64,000 bases of DNA from Candidatus Bathyarchaeia archaeon (GTDB taxonomy: Archaea; Thermoproteota; Bathyarchaeia; Bathyarchaeales; DTEX01): NCBI GenBank assembly GCA_038882715.1, contig JAVZNR010000002.1, forward strand, positions 21,093 to 85,092, written 5' to 3'. The position numbers and the translations under genes were made by a program. Under the pieces are notes generated by a model. The model did no database searches. It saw only the letters and a program-made list of their open reading frames with translations, and was not told the origin of the DNA. Shown one piece after another: positions 38,164 through 47,469 of the stretch (position 1 is the first letter of the stretch; every line of letters begins with the position of its first letter).

Positions 38164-38826
38164 CTACCCCGTCCACTCTATATTCTTTTCGGATATCTCT
38201 TTCCAGCATTCATTGCATATTGGCAGAAAACGCCCATTATAGTAGATACTTAATTTAATGTCGGTTCTCCTGCAATTCGGCTTCCACGGATTCATGCAGT
38301 GCGAACCGTCCGGTGATTTAGGTTCTGATAGGCTTCCGGGTAATCGACAGGCTCGCTCGTTTGGCGCCCTATTTTCCCGACCTAGGCTTAAACCCGAGCT
38401 AACATGGTTCTTTCGCTTTTTTAACGAAGTATTAGCCTTTAGATTCACGTGGTTTTTAATAGTCTTCACTGTTTTATTGGTGAGAACGCCGATAGATCTT
38501 ACGCCTAGCTCTATAGTTGCGCTCATGCTCCGCCAAGTCTCTTCATCTATATCGCCGACTAGATTCTTAAACCTGAGGTCAACTAGTAGGCTTTCTAAAA
38601 CTCTCGCCTCTTCAGATGCCATAGCCTCCCAGAACTTTACGCTTTCCTCGATTTTCTCCTTCAGGTTTACGGCCACCGTCTCTATCTCAGCCGCTATTCC
38701 GTCAAGCACATTAAACGTCCCCTGAGAAACCTTGCCTTCACCTAGCAGAAGTTTCAGGGTCTCCCTCTTACGCTTTAATGATGCGATCTCGAGGTTTAGC
38801 TCCTCAAGAATCTTTGTGAAAGACAT
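38164..38826 (-). CDS. coiled-coil protein with C-terminal Cys/His cluster
   Basis: N-terminal helical region of about 120 aa, K/N/S-rich linker, C-terminal HC-x7-C...C-x2-C. Confidence 0.4.
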   Translation of the reverse strand: MSFTKILEELNLEIASLKRKRETLKLLLGEGKVSQGTFNVLDGIAAEIETVAVNLKEKIEESVKFWEAMASEEARVLESLLVDLRFKNLVGDIDEETWRSMSATIELGVRSIGVLTNKTVKTIKNHVNLKANTSLKKRKNHVSSGLSLGRENRAPNERACRLPGSLSEPKSPDGSHCMNPWKPNCRRTDIKLSIYYNGRFLPICNECWKEISEKNIEWTG

Positions 38827-39118
38827 TCCTCATCGGAAAAATGAATTGTTAAGTTAAAAATTAAATTATTTAAATATGCCAGTATATCCCACAATATTTG
38901 CGTCAGCCCTTAAGCCAAAAATAGCCCCGCGCCTTTTTAAGAAAAAATGCAACTTTTACCTGCAGGGAGGATAAGAGTCGAACTTAACGCTGACAAAAAT
39001 TTTACCTTACCCACTGAATATATATGGGTCGAATGATTTTCACGGCGTTAATAACCCAAATATTTAGACGTCGAAGTGGAAAAGCAAAAAATAGGGGGAA
39101 GCAGCAAAAATAATCTAC

Positions 39119-40177
39119 TTGCAGGTTGACGGAGTGATGCACCTAATGTCTGCGCCCGTTAGAATCGGAATAGTTGGTTGTGGCAGCATTAGTTGGGAGC
39201 ATGTTAGGCGACTTAGCCTGCTAAGTAGGAATGAGACTCAAGTATCCGCTTTATGCGATGTTGACCAGCAAAGAGCCAGGAACCTCGCCGAGTACGTGAA
39301 TATTTACAGGAACCTTGCTCCTGAACCACTAGGCTCAGAGAGCATCTTTGAAGACTATGATGATATGCTTGAAAAAACCGACTTAGATGCCGTAATTATC
39401 TGCACACCCCATAACCTACATTATGAACAGACAATTAAGGCTTTTAGGCGAAACTTACATGTGCTCGTTGAGAAGCCTATGGCGGTTTCAGTTAAAGAGA
39501 CTGAGGAGATGGTGAATGAGGCGTCGAAGCGAAAACTCGTTTTAACCGTTGGATACCAGAGGCACTGTCAACCCGAATACTTCTATGCTAGAAACAAGAT
39601 TTTAAGCGGCGAATTAGGCGAGCCGCATATGATAGTTGGCTGGCTGGTTCAGAATCTTGTAGCCGCCGGAAGATTTTATCTAGATCCAAAAGCATCTGGT
39701 GGGGGTCAGATTAAGGCGTCTGGAACCCACCTTATAGACATAATTCTATGGATAACCGATTTAGAGCCTGTTAGAGTTAAGGCGTTTATGGATAGGGCTG
39801 GGTTACCCGTCGACATTTACGCCGTTTTAGCGGTTGAATTATCTAATGGCGCGTTTGCTTCAATAGCTATATCTGGGGGTCATCCGAGACCGCATATGGG
39901 TGTAACGGATGAGGTTAGGGTTTGGTGCTCTGGGGGAGCCATACACATAGTGGATGGGTCGGTCTACGTTGAGGATTCAGATTCGAACGTAACGAGAATC
40001 GATAGGGGAAAACTCCCAAAAACAAGTCCAAACCCAGATGTAAACTTCGTAAGAACAATATTGGGTAAAGAGGAAAACCTTATACCCGGTATATGCGGGT
40101 TGAGGGCAACAAAGCTTGAGGAAATGGCTTACATCGATGTTGGTCAGCCGATTCCAAGCAAACTTAAAAGGCTCTAG
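39119..40177 (+). CDS. Gfo/Idh/MocA family oxidoreductase
   Basis: VRIGIVGCGSISWEH Rossmann motif and EKPMA motif. Confidence 0.8.
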   Translation: MQVDGVMHLMSAPVRIGIVGCGSISWEHVRRLSLLSRNETQVSALCDVDQQRARNLAEYVNIYRNLAPEPLGSESIFEDYDDMLEKTDLDAVIICTPHNLHYEQTIKAFRRNLHVLVEKPMAVSVKETEEMVNEASKRKLVLTVGYQRHCQPEYFYARNKILSGELGEPHMIVGWLVQNLVAAGRFYLDPKASGGGQIKASGTHLIDIILWITDLEPVRVKAFMDRAGLPVDIYAVLAVELSNGAFASIAISGGHPRPHMGVTDEVRVWCSGGAIHIVDGSVYVEDSDSNVTRIDRGKLPKTSPNPDVNFVRTILGKEENLIPGICGLRATKLEEMAYIDVGQPIPSKLKRL

Positions 40178-40178
40178 G

Positions 40179-41213
40179 TTACGGAATATCAGAAACCCCT
40201 AGTTTTCTCGCTAAATTTTTTATTTCCTCCCAAGTCTTCTCCGGCACATATATGCCCTCTCTAAGCCTAATCTTCTCAGTTAAATGTTCTGGCTCGCCGG
40301 GCACAAGTATCTCCTTGAAGCCAGGTCTAGGCTTAGAGCTCTTTATCACTCTTATTAAATTGCTGACTTTTTTCTTAAAATCTTCAAGAGACATGAATTT
40401 CTCAACGTTTATGACCTCAAAGAAAACACCGTTTCCTCTCTTATCTTCTTCGTATGCGCAGCCAGCGCTAGTCAATATTCCGCTTAAGATTTCGACAGCT
40501 AATCCCAGCCCAAATCCCTTGTGACCGTGCTCGTCTCCACCTAAAGGCAGTAACGCTCCACCATCGTAGAGATCTTTTGGATCGTTGCTTGGATTACCAT
40601 TCTTATCAACTATCCATCCATAAGGTATTTTCTCACCTTTATGAAGCGCTACCCTAACCTTTCCTTCGGCAACAACGCTAGTAGCCACATCTATAACAAG
40701 CGGGAAATCCAAATATGAGGGGAAAGCGAAGCACATAGGCCCTGTCGAAAGCAGCCTTTCCCTACCGCCAAATGGGGCAACAAACTTAGTTGAATTGACC
40801 ATCACTATGCCTATCATATCTTTCTCAGAAGCCATTATCGCGTAGTCGGCAAGCCTGCCGATATGATTACAGTTGAAAACGCAGACAATGCTTACAGCGT
40901 TTTTCCTAGCTTTCTCTACAGCTAGATCCATAGCCCTTTTGGCCACAACTTGACCAAAACCCCAGTTACCGTTCAAAATAGCCGTGGACGAGGTTTCCTT
41001 AACAATCTCAATGTTAGCCCCCGGTTTTATGGATCCCTTCTCGATCTCGTTTATATATTGTATTACGCGGATAATACCGTGGGAATCATGGCCAACCAAG
41101 TTGGATTTTACGAGCAATTCTGAAACTAAACGAGCCTCTTCCAGAGGCACACCCGCGGCCAAAAATATTTTTGTCCCAACATCTATTAATTGGTTAGCGT
41201 GAAATATCGGCAT
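40179..41213 (-). CDS. Ldh2-family malate/L-lactate/sulfolactate dehydrogenase
   Basis: GHDSHGI motif, NWGFGQ; 344 aa. Confidence 0.85.
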   Translation of the reverse strand: MPIFHANQLIDVGTKIFLAAGVPLEEARLVSELLVKSNLVGHDSHGIIRVIQYINEIEKGSIKPGANIEIVKETSSTAILNGNWGFGQVVAKRAMDLAVEKARKNAVSIVCVFNCNHIGRLADYAIMASEKDMIGIVMVNSTKFVAPFGGRERLLSTGPMCFAFPSYLDFPLVIDVATSVVAEGKVRVALHKGEKIPYGWIVDKNGNPSNDPKDLYDGGALLPLGGDEHGHKGFGLGLAVEILSGILTSAGCAYEEDKRGNGVFFEVINVEKFMSLEDFKKKVSNLIRVIKSSKPRPGFKEILVPGEPEHLTEKIRLREGIYVPEKTWEEIKNLARKLGVSDIP

Positions 41214-41276
41214 AATCAGCTCCTCCAGGTTTAACCATTGTAGAAATTATAATCTTTCCACTTCTTGCTATAAAAG

Positions 41277-41729
41277 TTATGTTTTTTCAGCCTCCAGCTT
41301 TTTCTTCAGTTCCTCTGGAACAATAAAGCCCACCAACCCTCTCTTCGAAAGCTGGTTGAAGTAAGCGTTTAACGAGATTTCAGCCTCCTCAGGCAAAATC
41401 TTATACTTTTCAACCAAGTAGTTAGCTATGTCGCCTATAGTCCTCTCCCCATCGCATAATTCCCAAACGATTGAACCCACCTTATCCAGACTTATCACTC
41501 TTTCCTCAGGTTCGGGAGGAAAAAGTCTATCTAATATTCCTTTCTTCGTTTTGCTCTGAGTCTGAGAGGGCAGTCTCAGCGGAACTTTTATTTTCACTTC
41601 CCTTGTTTTCTTATCTTTCTCCCATTTTAAAGCCGGGTTTCTAACAGGTTTAACCTGCAGGAAATAGCTTCTAGGTATTTGCAGCCCCTCTTCCTTCCTT
41701 CTTCTTCTGAATAATCTACCGAACACCAT
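41277..41729 (-). CDS. PqqD-family (RRE-like) protein with basic N-terminal extension
   Basis: LDKVGSIVWELCDGERTIGDIANYLVEKYKILPEEAEISLNAYFNQLSKRGLV is a PqqD-type wHTH. Confidence 0.65.
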   Translation of the reverse strand: MVFGRLFRRRRKEEGLQIPRSYFLQVKPVRNPALKWEKDKKTREVKIKVPLRLPSQTQSKTKKGILDRLFPPEPEERVISLDKVGSIVWELCDGERTIGDIANYLVEKYKILPEEAEISLNAYFNQLSKRGLVGFIVPEELKKKLEAEKT

Positions 41730-41840
41730 TTTGCATCTCTCAAAAAATAGGAAGCTTCTCCTACTTAAATCAATTATTCTCCTTTCTTCTTCAGGAATTT
41801 TGGGATCGGAACCGTTAAGAAAACCGAGAAGAATAAATTA

Positions 41841-42515
41841 ATGGGAGAAAGAGGTGTTGAATGCTTGAGTCTAAAAGATATCCTCAGTAAAATAAGAGAT
41901 GATAGCCTAAGAAAAGACGAAGTGCGCCAAGAGGTTCAAACAGCCGTTAGGAGAACGACTAGATTATCCAAACAGGCAATTTTCCTAATTCATAAAGGAG
42001 TGATTGATGGTGCAGAATCTCTCTTGGAAGAAGCCCGCTTAAACCTCGATAAAATAAAGTCGATTTCAGAGACGTATCCGGAACTATTTTTCGCTGGCCT
42101 CGTAGACTCGGCCTTCGAAGAGTATTCTGAGGCGCACATACTTTTAAAGCTCGTTAAGGATGGGGTTTTCGTTAAGCCGGAAGAGATAGAGGTTTCGGGG
42201 GAGTCTTATGTTCTAGGTTTGGCGGATGTTATAGGCGAGTTGAGGCGAAGATCCCTAGACCTAATAAGGCGAGGCGACGTTGAGGGGGCTGAAGAATGCT
42301 TAACGCTCATGGAGAACATTTATAATGAGATAATAGGCTGTGATGAGCTGCTGATTTTGGTCTCTGGGCTTAGAAGGAAATGCGACATTGCTAGGAGAGT
42401 AATTGAAGCAACGAGAGGCGATATAACTGCAGAGGTTAGAAGGACTGTGCTTAATAACACGATGAGGGAGTTCCAGAAAATCCTGGAAACCGTGATGGAT
42501 CGTGAGAGACAATAA
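41841..42515 (+). CDS. translin/TRAX family protein
   Basis: Helical 224-aa protein with AFEEYSEAHILL and YVLGLADVIGELRRR, resembling the TRAX catalytic E-x-x-E and D-x-x-G-E. Confidence 0.75.
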   Translation: MGERGVECLSLKDILSKIRDDSLRKDEVRQEVQTAVRRTTRLSKQAIFLIHKGVIDGAESLLEEARLNLDKIKSISETYPELFFAGLVDSAFEEYSEAHILLKLVKDGVFVKPEEIEVSGESYVLGLADVIGELRRRSLDLIRRGDVEGAEECLTLMENIYNEIIGCDELLILVSGLRRKCDIARRVIEATRGDITAEVRRTVLNNTMREFQKILETVMDRERQ

Positions 42516-43200
42516 TTTGACGGTTTACCAAGATCTCCTTAAAAACATTAGTTTCTCGGTGGAAAAAGCTAGGAAACTGCAATTGCTTCTCTCAAAAAAG
42601 GTTATTGTGCAGGACCGCGTAAATACGCCCATTAAGTACGTTGCTGGGGTTGACGTCGCATATCATGACAAATTATCTATTGGAGCGGTGGCTGTTTTCG
42701 AGTATGCTTCGCTTAGACCAGTAGAGCTTAAGCTGGCTAGGGTTGAAACCCGCTTCCCATACATACCAACGCTCTTATCTTTCAGAGAGGTTCCCGCAGC
42801 AGCCTCAGCGATAAAGAAGCTGGACGTTAAACCCGATGTTTTTCTGGTTGATGGGCAGGGGGTCGCGCATCCCTACCGCTTTGGACTTGCAAGCCATTTA
42901 GGAGTGGTATTAGATTTATGCACAATAGGTGTTGCGAAGAGCCTTTTATGCGGAGAAGTAATTGAGTCAGAAAACTCTTATTGGAAACCCATAGTTCATG
43001 AGGGTGAGATCGTTGGTGGAGCAGTGTTCACAAAACCTAATGCAAAACCAGTTTATGTTAGTGTTGGACACAAAATCTCTTTGGAAAGTGCGGTGAAAGT
43101 GGTTTTAGCATGCTTAAAAAAACATAGGCTACCGGAGCCGCTCCACGAAGCGCATGTTGCCGCTCAAAGGGCTAAAAGAGAAATTAAAAGATCCTTATAA
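42502..43200 (+). CDS. nfi: endonuclease V
   Basis: AGVDVAY, YIPTLLSFREVP, LVDGQGVAHPYRFGLASHLGV and IGVAK motifs. Confidence 0.85.
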   Translation: MRDNNLTVYQDLLKNISFSVEKARKLQLLLSKKVIVQDRVNTPIKYVAGVDVAYHDKLSIGAVAVFEYASLRPVELKLARVETRFPYIPTLLSFREVPAAASAIKKLDVKPDVFLVDGQGVAHPYRFGLASHLGVVLDLCTIGVAKSLLCGEVIESENSYWKPIVHEGEIVGGAVFTKPNAKPVYVSVGHKISLESAVKVVLACLKKHRLPEPLHEAHVAAQRAKREIKRSL

Positions 43201-43229
43201 GATAAATAATCATATATGGGGGCTCCTGA

Positions 43230-43949
43230 TTGAAAGCAGAGTTAGATCCGAGAATAAGAAGAGCCGTGAATAGGATTAAGGATAAGTCTTTGAGAAGGAA
43301 GATTTTAGATTTTTTAAGCGATTTGTCGGTGGAGGTTGAAGGCAAACAGTATTCCGGGCTTCCATTGGACGATGCCCCTGCAAGCAGATCCTACCATCAT
43401 AGCCATCCGGGTGGGCTAGTCGACCATATACTGTCAACGATAAATATTGCCCTAGCTCTCTGCGGCTCGATTGAGAAAGTATATGGGGGGAAAGTCGACA
43501 GGGATCTGGTCATAGGTGGAGTCATATTGCATGACATAATGAAGACGCTGACGTATGAAAAGAAAAGCGACGGATCATATAGAAACTCGCCTCTAGGCGA
43601 ACGCATAGATCACTTAACCCTACTGGTCTCAGAGATGTTAAAGAGAAACTTTCCGCTTAACTTAATCCATATTGTAGCAGCCAGCCATGGTCAGGCCGGG
43701 CCGATATCCCCTAAAACTATTGAAGCATTAGTATGCCATATCGCAGACGATGCTGACTCGAAAATGAATGGGGAGGTTCTGAACGCGGCTAAATACTTGG
43801 TTAGGGAGGCGACCGGTGAATCATGGGACATAATAGATTCGAAGACAGCCTTCAAAATTATAGCTTGGAAAGCTGAAGGTGGGTGGGATAGTTTAAAGTC
43901 GGAGATCGAGAAGCTTAAACAAAATATGAGGGGCACGTCAATTAACTAA
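43230..43949 (+). CDS. HD-domain metal-dependent phosphohydrolase
   Basis: HHSHPGGLVDHILST...GVILHDIMK (H...HD). Confidence 0.7.
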   Translation: MKAELDPRIRRAVNRIKDKSLRRKILDFLSDLSVEVEGKQYSGLPLDDAPASRSYHHSHPGGLVDHILSTINIALALCGSIEKVYGGKVDRDLVIGGVILHDIMKTLTYEKKSDGSYRNSPLGERIDHLTLLVSEMLKRNFPLNLIHIVAASHGQAGPISPKTIEALVCHIADDADSKMNGEVLNAAKYLVREATGESWDIIDSKTAFKIIAWKAEGGWDSLKSEIEKLKQNMRGTSIN

Positions 43950-44662
43950 AGGTGTTCAAGCCACGCTCTGCCTAGCATGGATTTTATTCCATAAAGAGCT
44001 GTTATAAGCAGGTTTATCAGGAGCATTGAACGCGAAGGCACTATGAATAGAAGAATGTCGGATGAAAAATTGCCTTCAGCATACCAAATAAATGCGAGTA
44101 GAACAGCGTATGCCGAAATGAGGCTTGATGCCGAATATATCCAGAAAATTATCTTGTTTGCCCTATGAATCTTATCCTTAAGAGTTTTAAGAAAGCGCGC
44201 TATTATTGGAGATATATCGGATATATCGTCCACTACGAGGGTTATCCCAAAATAAAGTAATAGCGTTAGAAGGGGCTGCTTGCCGCATATTTCAGCGATC
44301 AAGGTGTTCGGTTGCATAAAGTAATGGATAATAAAAGACGAAAGGCTCAATAAAAGATATAAGATGATTGATAGGAAACCGTAAATATAGTGATGAAACA
44401 AAAATCTTTTAACATTTACTTTTCCCATGATTCTTGCTGAAACGATATTTAGAATGGACGTTAAAGCTACCGAGGAAAAGAGAATAGCGTTCAATATGCT
44501 TGAGAGAATATGAGACACGAGAAGCTTTTCTAGCGCGGTATATGCGGCGAACCCCTCTACCGAGTTCGCTAGAAGAACTAGGGTAACTATGGAATTAAAT
44601 ATTATCAGTAGGCTGATCATTTTCTTAACTAAAGACGTTAGAGATTTCTTCAACCTTGGCAT
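43946..44662 (-). CDS. polytopic membrane protein, unknown function
   Basis: 238 aa with multiple hydrophobic helices. Confidence 0.4.
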   Translation of the reverse strand: MPRLKKSLTSLVKKMISLLIIFNSIVTLVLLANSVEGFAAYTALEKLLVSHILSSILNAILFSSVALTSILNIVSARIMGKVNVKRFLFHHYIYGFLSIILYLLLSLSSFIIHYFMQPNTLIAEICGKQPLLTLLLYFGITLVVDDISDISPIIARFLKTLKDKIHRANKIIFWIYSASSLISAYAVLLAFIWYAEGNFSSDILLFIVPSRSMLLINLLITALYGIKSMLGRAWLEHL

Positions 44663-44719
44663 TAAAGTAGGAAGTAACCCACCGTGATTTAAGCTTTGCT
44701 CATTCCCGGCTTTTAGGGA

Positions 44720-45244
44720 TTAGCAGCGTTTAAGACTTATTATCTTAGCTCTCATTTCTTCCATGTTTAACACAGCTATTGTCGCATTGCCGGAAAGATA
44801 GCCGCAGGCTTCACCCGGATTAATAGCTAGGGTTTTCCCAACATTAATGTTCTCAACTTTATGCGTATGACCGTAGACAACGACATCGTAATAATTTGAG
44901 TTTATTAAAGCCTTAAGCAGTTTTTTCTCTTCGCCGTGAAGTAACGCTATCTTTAAGCCGCCCAAATCTATTTCGGCAAATTTACCCTGAAGCTCAGCCC
45001 CTATCTCCTCAAACCTCTTTCTCAAAAGGTTTTTGTCACCATCATTGTTGCCGAATACACCGATAAGCCTAGCTTTTAAGGGTTTAAAGCGTAAAACCGA
45101 GAATGGTGAAACATAGTCCCCTGCATGAAGCACGAGGTCGACTTCTTCACAATTCAGCGCCTTCACGGCCTCATCAATCAACTCAAGCCTATCGTGCGTA
45201 TCGGCAATAACACCAATCTTTTTAAAGGATGGAATAGCATCCAC
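44720..45244 (-). CDS. YfcE/MJ0936-family metallophosphoesterase
   Basis: IADTHD, HAGD, GNNDGD and GHTH motifs. Confidence 0.8.
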   Translation of the reverse strand: MDAIPSFKKIGVIADTHDRLELIDEAVKALNCEEVDLVLHAGDYVSPFSVLRFKPLKARLIGVFGNNDGDKNLLRKRFEEIGAELQGKFAEIDLGGLKIALLHGEEKKLLKALINSNYYDVVVYGHTHKVENINVGKTLAINPGEACGYLSGNATIAVLNMEEMRAKIISLKRC

Positions 45245-45378
45245 CTCCTAGAATAGCGGAAACCAAAATATTTTAGTTCCTATGAAATGATAACTTTTTC
45301 GAAAAAACAATACGCTTTTAAGAAGATATGTTAATAATTTAGTTTAAGGCACCATATCTTTAAAGGATTGAGAAAATT

Positions 45379-45594
45379 ATGGCTGGCAGAAAAATAAACA
45401 TTTTTTATCTGGTTTCATTCATATGCACAATAATTCTCATAGCATACATCTGGCTGATATTTCTGCCACAGGTATCAGGTTACCCTGGGCAAGAAAATTT
45501 ATCTCTAGTGATATTTTTAACGATTGCGCTCCTACTGGCCGCAGCAGGGATCCAACTGTTCCTCTTAATCAGCTCATCTCAGTCAGAAGAATAA
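45379..45594 (+). CDS. small two-TM protein (uncertain)
   Basis: 71-aa hydrophobic ORF whose 3' end overlaps the S27ae gene convergently. Confidence 0.3.
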   Translation: MAGRKINIFYLVSFICTIILIAYIWLIFLPQVSGYPGQENLSLVIFLTIALLLAAAGIQLFLLISSSQSEE

Positions 45595-45800
45595 TCTTTC
45601 TCTTCGCTTGGCTTACCAGGGTTTCTTGCAGACTTATACTTCGTGAAACCGCAGTGGCCGCAGGTATAGCGGTTCCCATGATCAGCCATAAAATATCCGG
45701 GTCCGCATCTATCGCAGAAGGGGAGCAGCCTCTTGATCTTTCCACCGTCAATTTTATAGCACGAAGATATAGGCTTGTCCTTCTTTTCTTTTCCCGGCAT
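45579..45800 (-). CDS. rps27ae: 30S ribosomal protein S27ae
   Basis: MPGKEKK...CDRCGPGYFMADHGNRYTCGHCGF zinc ribbon. Start taken at the second Met, just after the S24e stop. Confidence 0.85.
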   Translation of the reverse strand: MPGKEKKDKPISSCYKIDGGKIKRLLPFCDRCGPGYFMADHGNRYTCGHCGFTKYKSARNPGKPSEEKDYSSD

Positions 45801-45807
45801 CCGTGCT

Positions 45808-46104
45808 TCACTCCTCACCTTTTATTTGAGGAGAAGATCTTAATATTATGTGTTTTGCTTCTATTGCTTTAGCATTTTCTGGAGAATTATATAGATGAGC
45901 TTCGCCGACAGACATGGCTGCCCCGGTCACGCTCTCCATCCTTCTAATGTAGACTCTATCTTCGTCAACCTTAAGCATGCTAGCCAGTTCCTTCCTAACC
46001 TCAATACGTGAGGGAGTCGGCGCGCCACCATGATGTAAAGCGAAGATTATCTCATTCCTTTTGAGCAGCTCATTACGCTTATTGTTTAAGATTTTGATCT
46101 TCAA
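45808..46104 (-). CDS. rps24e: 30S ribosomal protein S24e
   Basis: NELLKRNEIIFALHHGGAPTPSRIEVRKELA is typical of S24e. Confidence 0.9.
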   Translation of the reverse strand: MKIKILNNKRNELLKRNEIIFALHHGGAPTPSRIEVRKELASMLKVDEDRVYIRRMESVTGAAMSVGEAHLYNSPENAKAIEAKHIILRSSPQIKGEE

Positions 46105-46151
46105 GGCGATTCTCCTCCATTTTAAGCCTTATCTTAAAGGGAACCTCTACT

Positions 46152-46685
46152 TTAGTTTTCCGGTCTGCGCTCCATTCTACCCAATATTTCAAGCATTCTC
46201 TTCTTAGATTTCTCGTCGACGTTGATTACGACAATCCCCTCGCCGGGTTGACCATAGATCACCATCGAGTTTTCCGGGGCGAGAAGGACAGCGACTATAG
46301 TCAACAGGTCCTCTTCACCATCTACTAGAACTTTAACCAACCCCCTAGAGTTTAATGCTTCGCCAATGACGCGCCAAGCTTCGCTAGTTATAGTGCCAGC
46401 AGGATTAGTGAGTATGAAACTTTTATCAACTTTAAAGCATAGGGGCTCCGTGGGTTTACGCATAGACTTATTGTCCACTATAAAAACATCCACCTTAAGT
46501 CCTCTCCTAAGCATGCTTTCTGAAACGACGTCGCCAACGGAGATAATCTTTTTCGGCTTCAATGAATCCATTAACTCCCTAAGCTTCCCTGTGGTCTCAT
46601 CTACTGAACCGCGGATAAGAAGCCCTAAAGGCGACTTTAGTTCAGATCTGAGGGCTTCTGGGAGAAAAAGAGTATCCATCTTCAC
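46152..46685 (-). CDS. GTP-dependent dephospho-CoA kinase (DUF359)
   Basis: KKIISVGDVVSESML...VFIVDNKSMRKP; sits in the conserved position between spt4 and rps24e. Confidence 0.75.
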   Translation of the reverse strand: MKMDTLFLPEALRSELKSPLGLLIRGSVDETTGKLRELMDSLKPKKIISVGDVVSESMLRRGLKVDVFIVDNKSMRKPTEPLCFKVDKSFILTNPAGTITSEAWRVIGEALNSRGLVKVLVDGEEDLLTIVAVLLAPENSMVIYGQPGEGIVVINVDEKSKKRMLEILGRMERRPEN

Positions 46686-46876
46686 CTCACTTTTATTGCG
46701 TAGCGCCCCTTCCTCTCGATTTTCATAGCCTTCGCTATCGCCGATCCTTCAGGATCAAATATTATTACCATGCCGCTGAAGTCCTCACTTAAATCCGTTG
46801 ACTTACAGTTCGGGCAGACTTTCTCTTCAGTTATGTAATGGCACCTTCTACATGCCCTCTCAACCATCTCGAACAC
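46682..46876 (-). CDS. spt4: transcription elongation factor Spt4 (RpoE'')
   Basis: CRRCHYI...CPNCKS zinc ribbon; 64 aa; ATGA overlap with the downstream gene. Confidence 0.85.
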   Translation of the reverse strand: MFEMVERACRRCHYITEEKVCPNCKSTDLSEDFSGMVIIFDPEGSAIAKAMKIERKGRYAIKVR

Positions 46877-46878
46877 CG

Positions 46879-47469
46879 TTAAGATTTAGTTTCTTTCCCT
46901 TTCTCCTCAATTTCACCCCTCAGTTTCTCTAAGTCCTCGTTAATCCACTCAAGCTTACCTAAGAAGGGTTGCCGCGCTGTAACACCGATCTTGCCGAACC
47001 CAGCTCCCCTGCTTATCGACACAGCGGTTATTCTCACACGAACCTTATCGCCTACAGTTATCTTCCGTTTAGTTTCCTTACCCATTAAAACACCCTGCTT
47101 CTCATCATACGTTATAAAGTCATCAATGATTTGAGAAATGTGAAGTAAAGCGTCAACCGGACCGATTCTCACAAACGCCCCGAAATCTGCAACCTCGACA
47201 ACCTCCCCTTCAACGACCTCTTGGATTTTAGGCAGGAAAGTTAGAAGCGAGAAAGTTACTTTGTGGTGGGTTGCAGCGTCTCCGGGAATTATTTTCCCAA
47301 CCGGTGAAACCTTAACATCTGTGACAGCTATTAAATAACCTAGCTCTTCGTCAATAACGCCAACATATTTTGCTTTAAGCTGCTCCAATGCAACCTTCTC
47401 AAGCGGCTCATTAAACTTCTCGGGCGGTATACGGACAGTATCCTCAACAACCGCTAAATTGAACGTAAC
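46879..47469 (-). CDS. rpo7: RNA polymerase subunit Rpo7 (RpoE')
   Basis: S1-domain protein. Homology (TFNLAVVEDTVRIPPEKFNEPLEKVALEQL) continues 27 codons upstream of the first canonical start (TTG at 47388). The 5' limit is set by that homology. Confidence 0.8.
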   Translation of the reverse strand, partial: VTFNLAVVEDTVRIPPEKFNEPLEKVALEQLKAKYVGVIDEELGYLIAVTDVKVSPVGKIIPGDAATHHKVTFSLLTFLPKIQEVVEGEVVEVADFGAFVRIGPVDALLHISQIIDDFITYDEKQGVLMGKETKRKITVGDKVRVRITAVSISRGAGFGKIGVTARQPFLGKLEWINEDLEKLRGEIEEKGKETKS

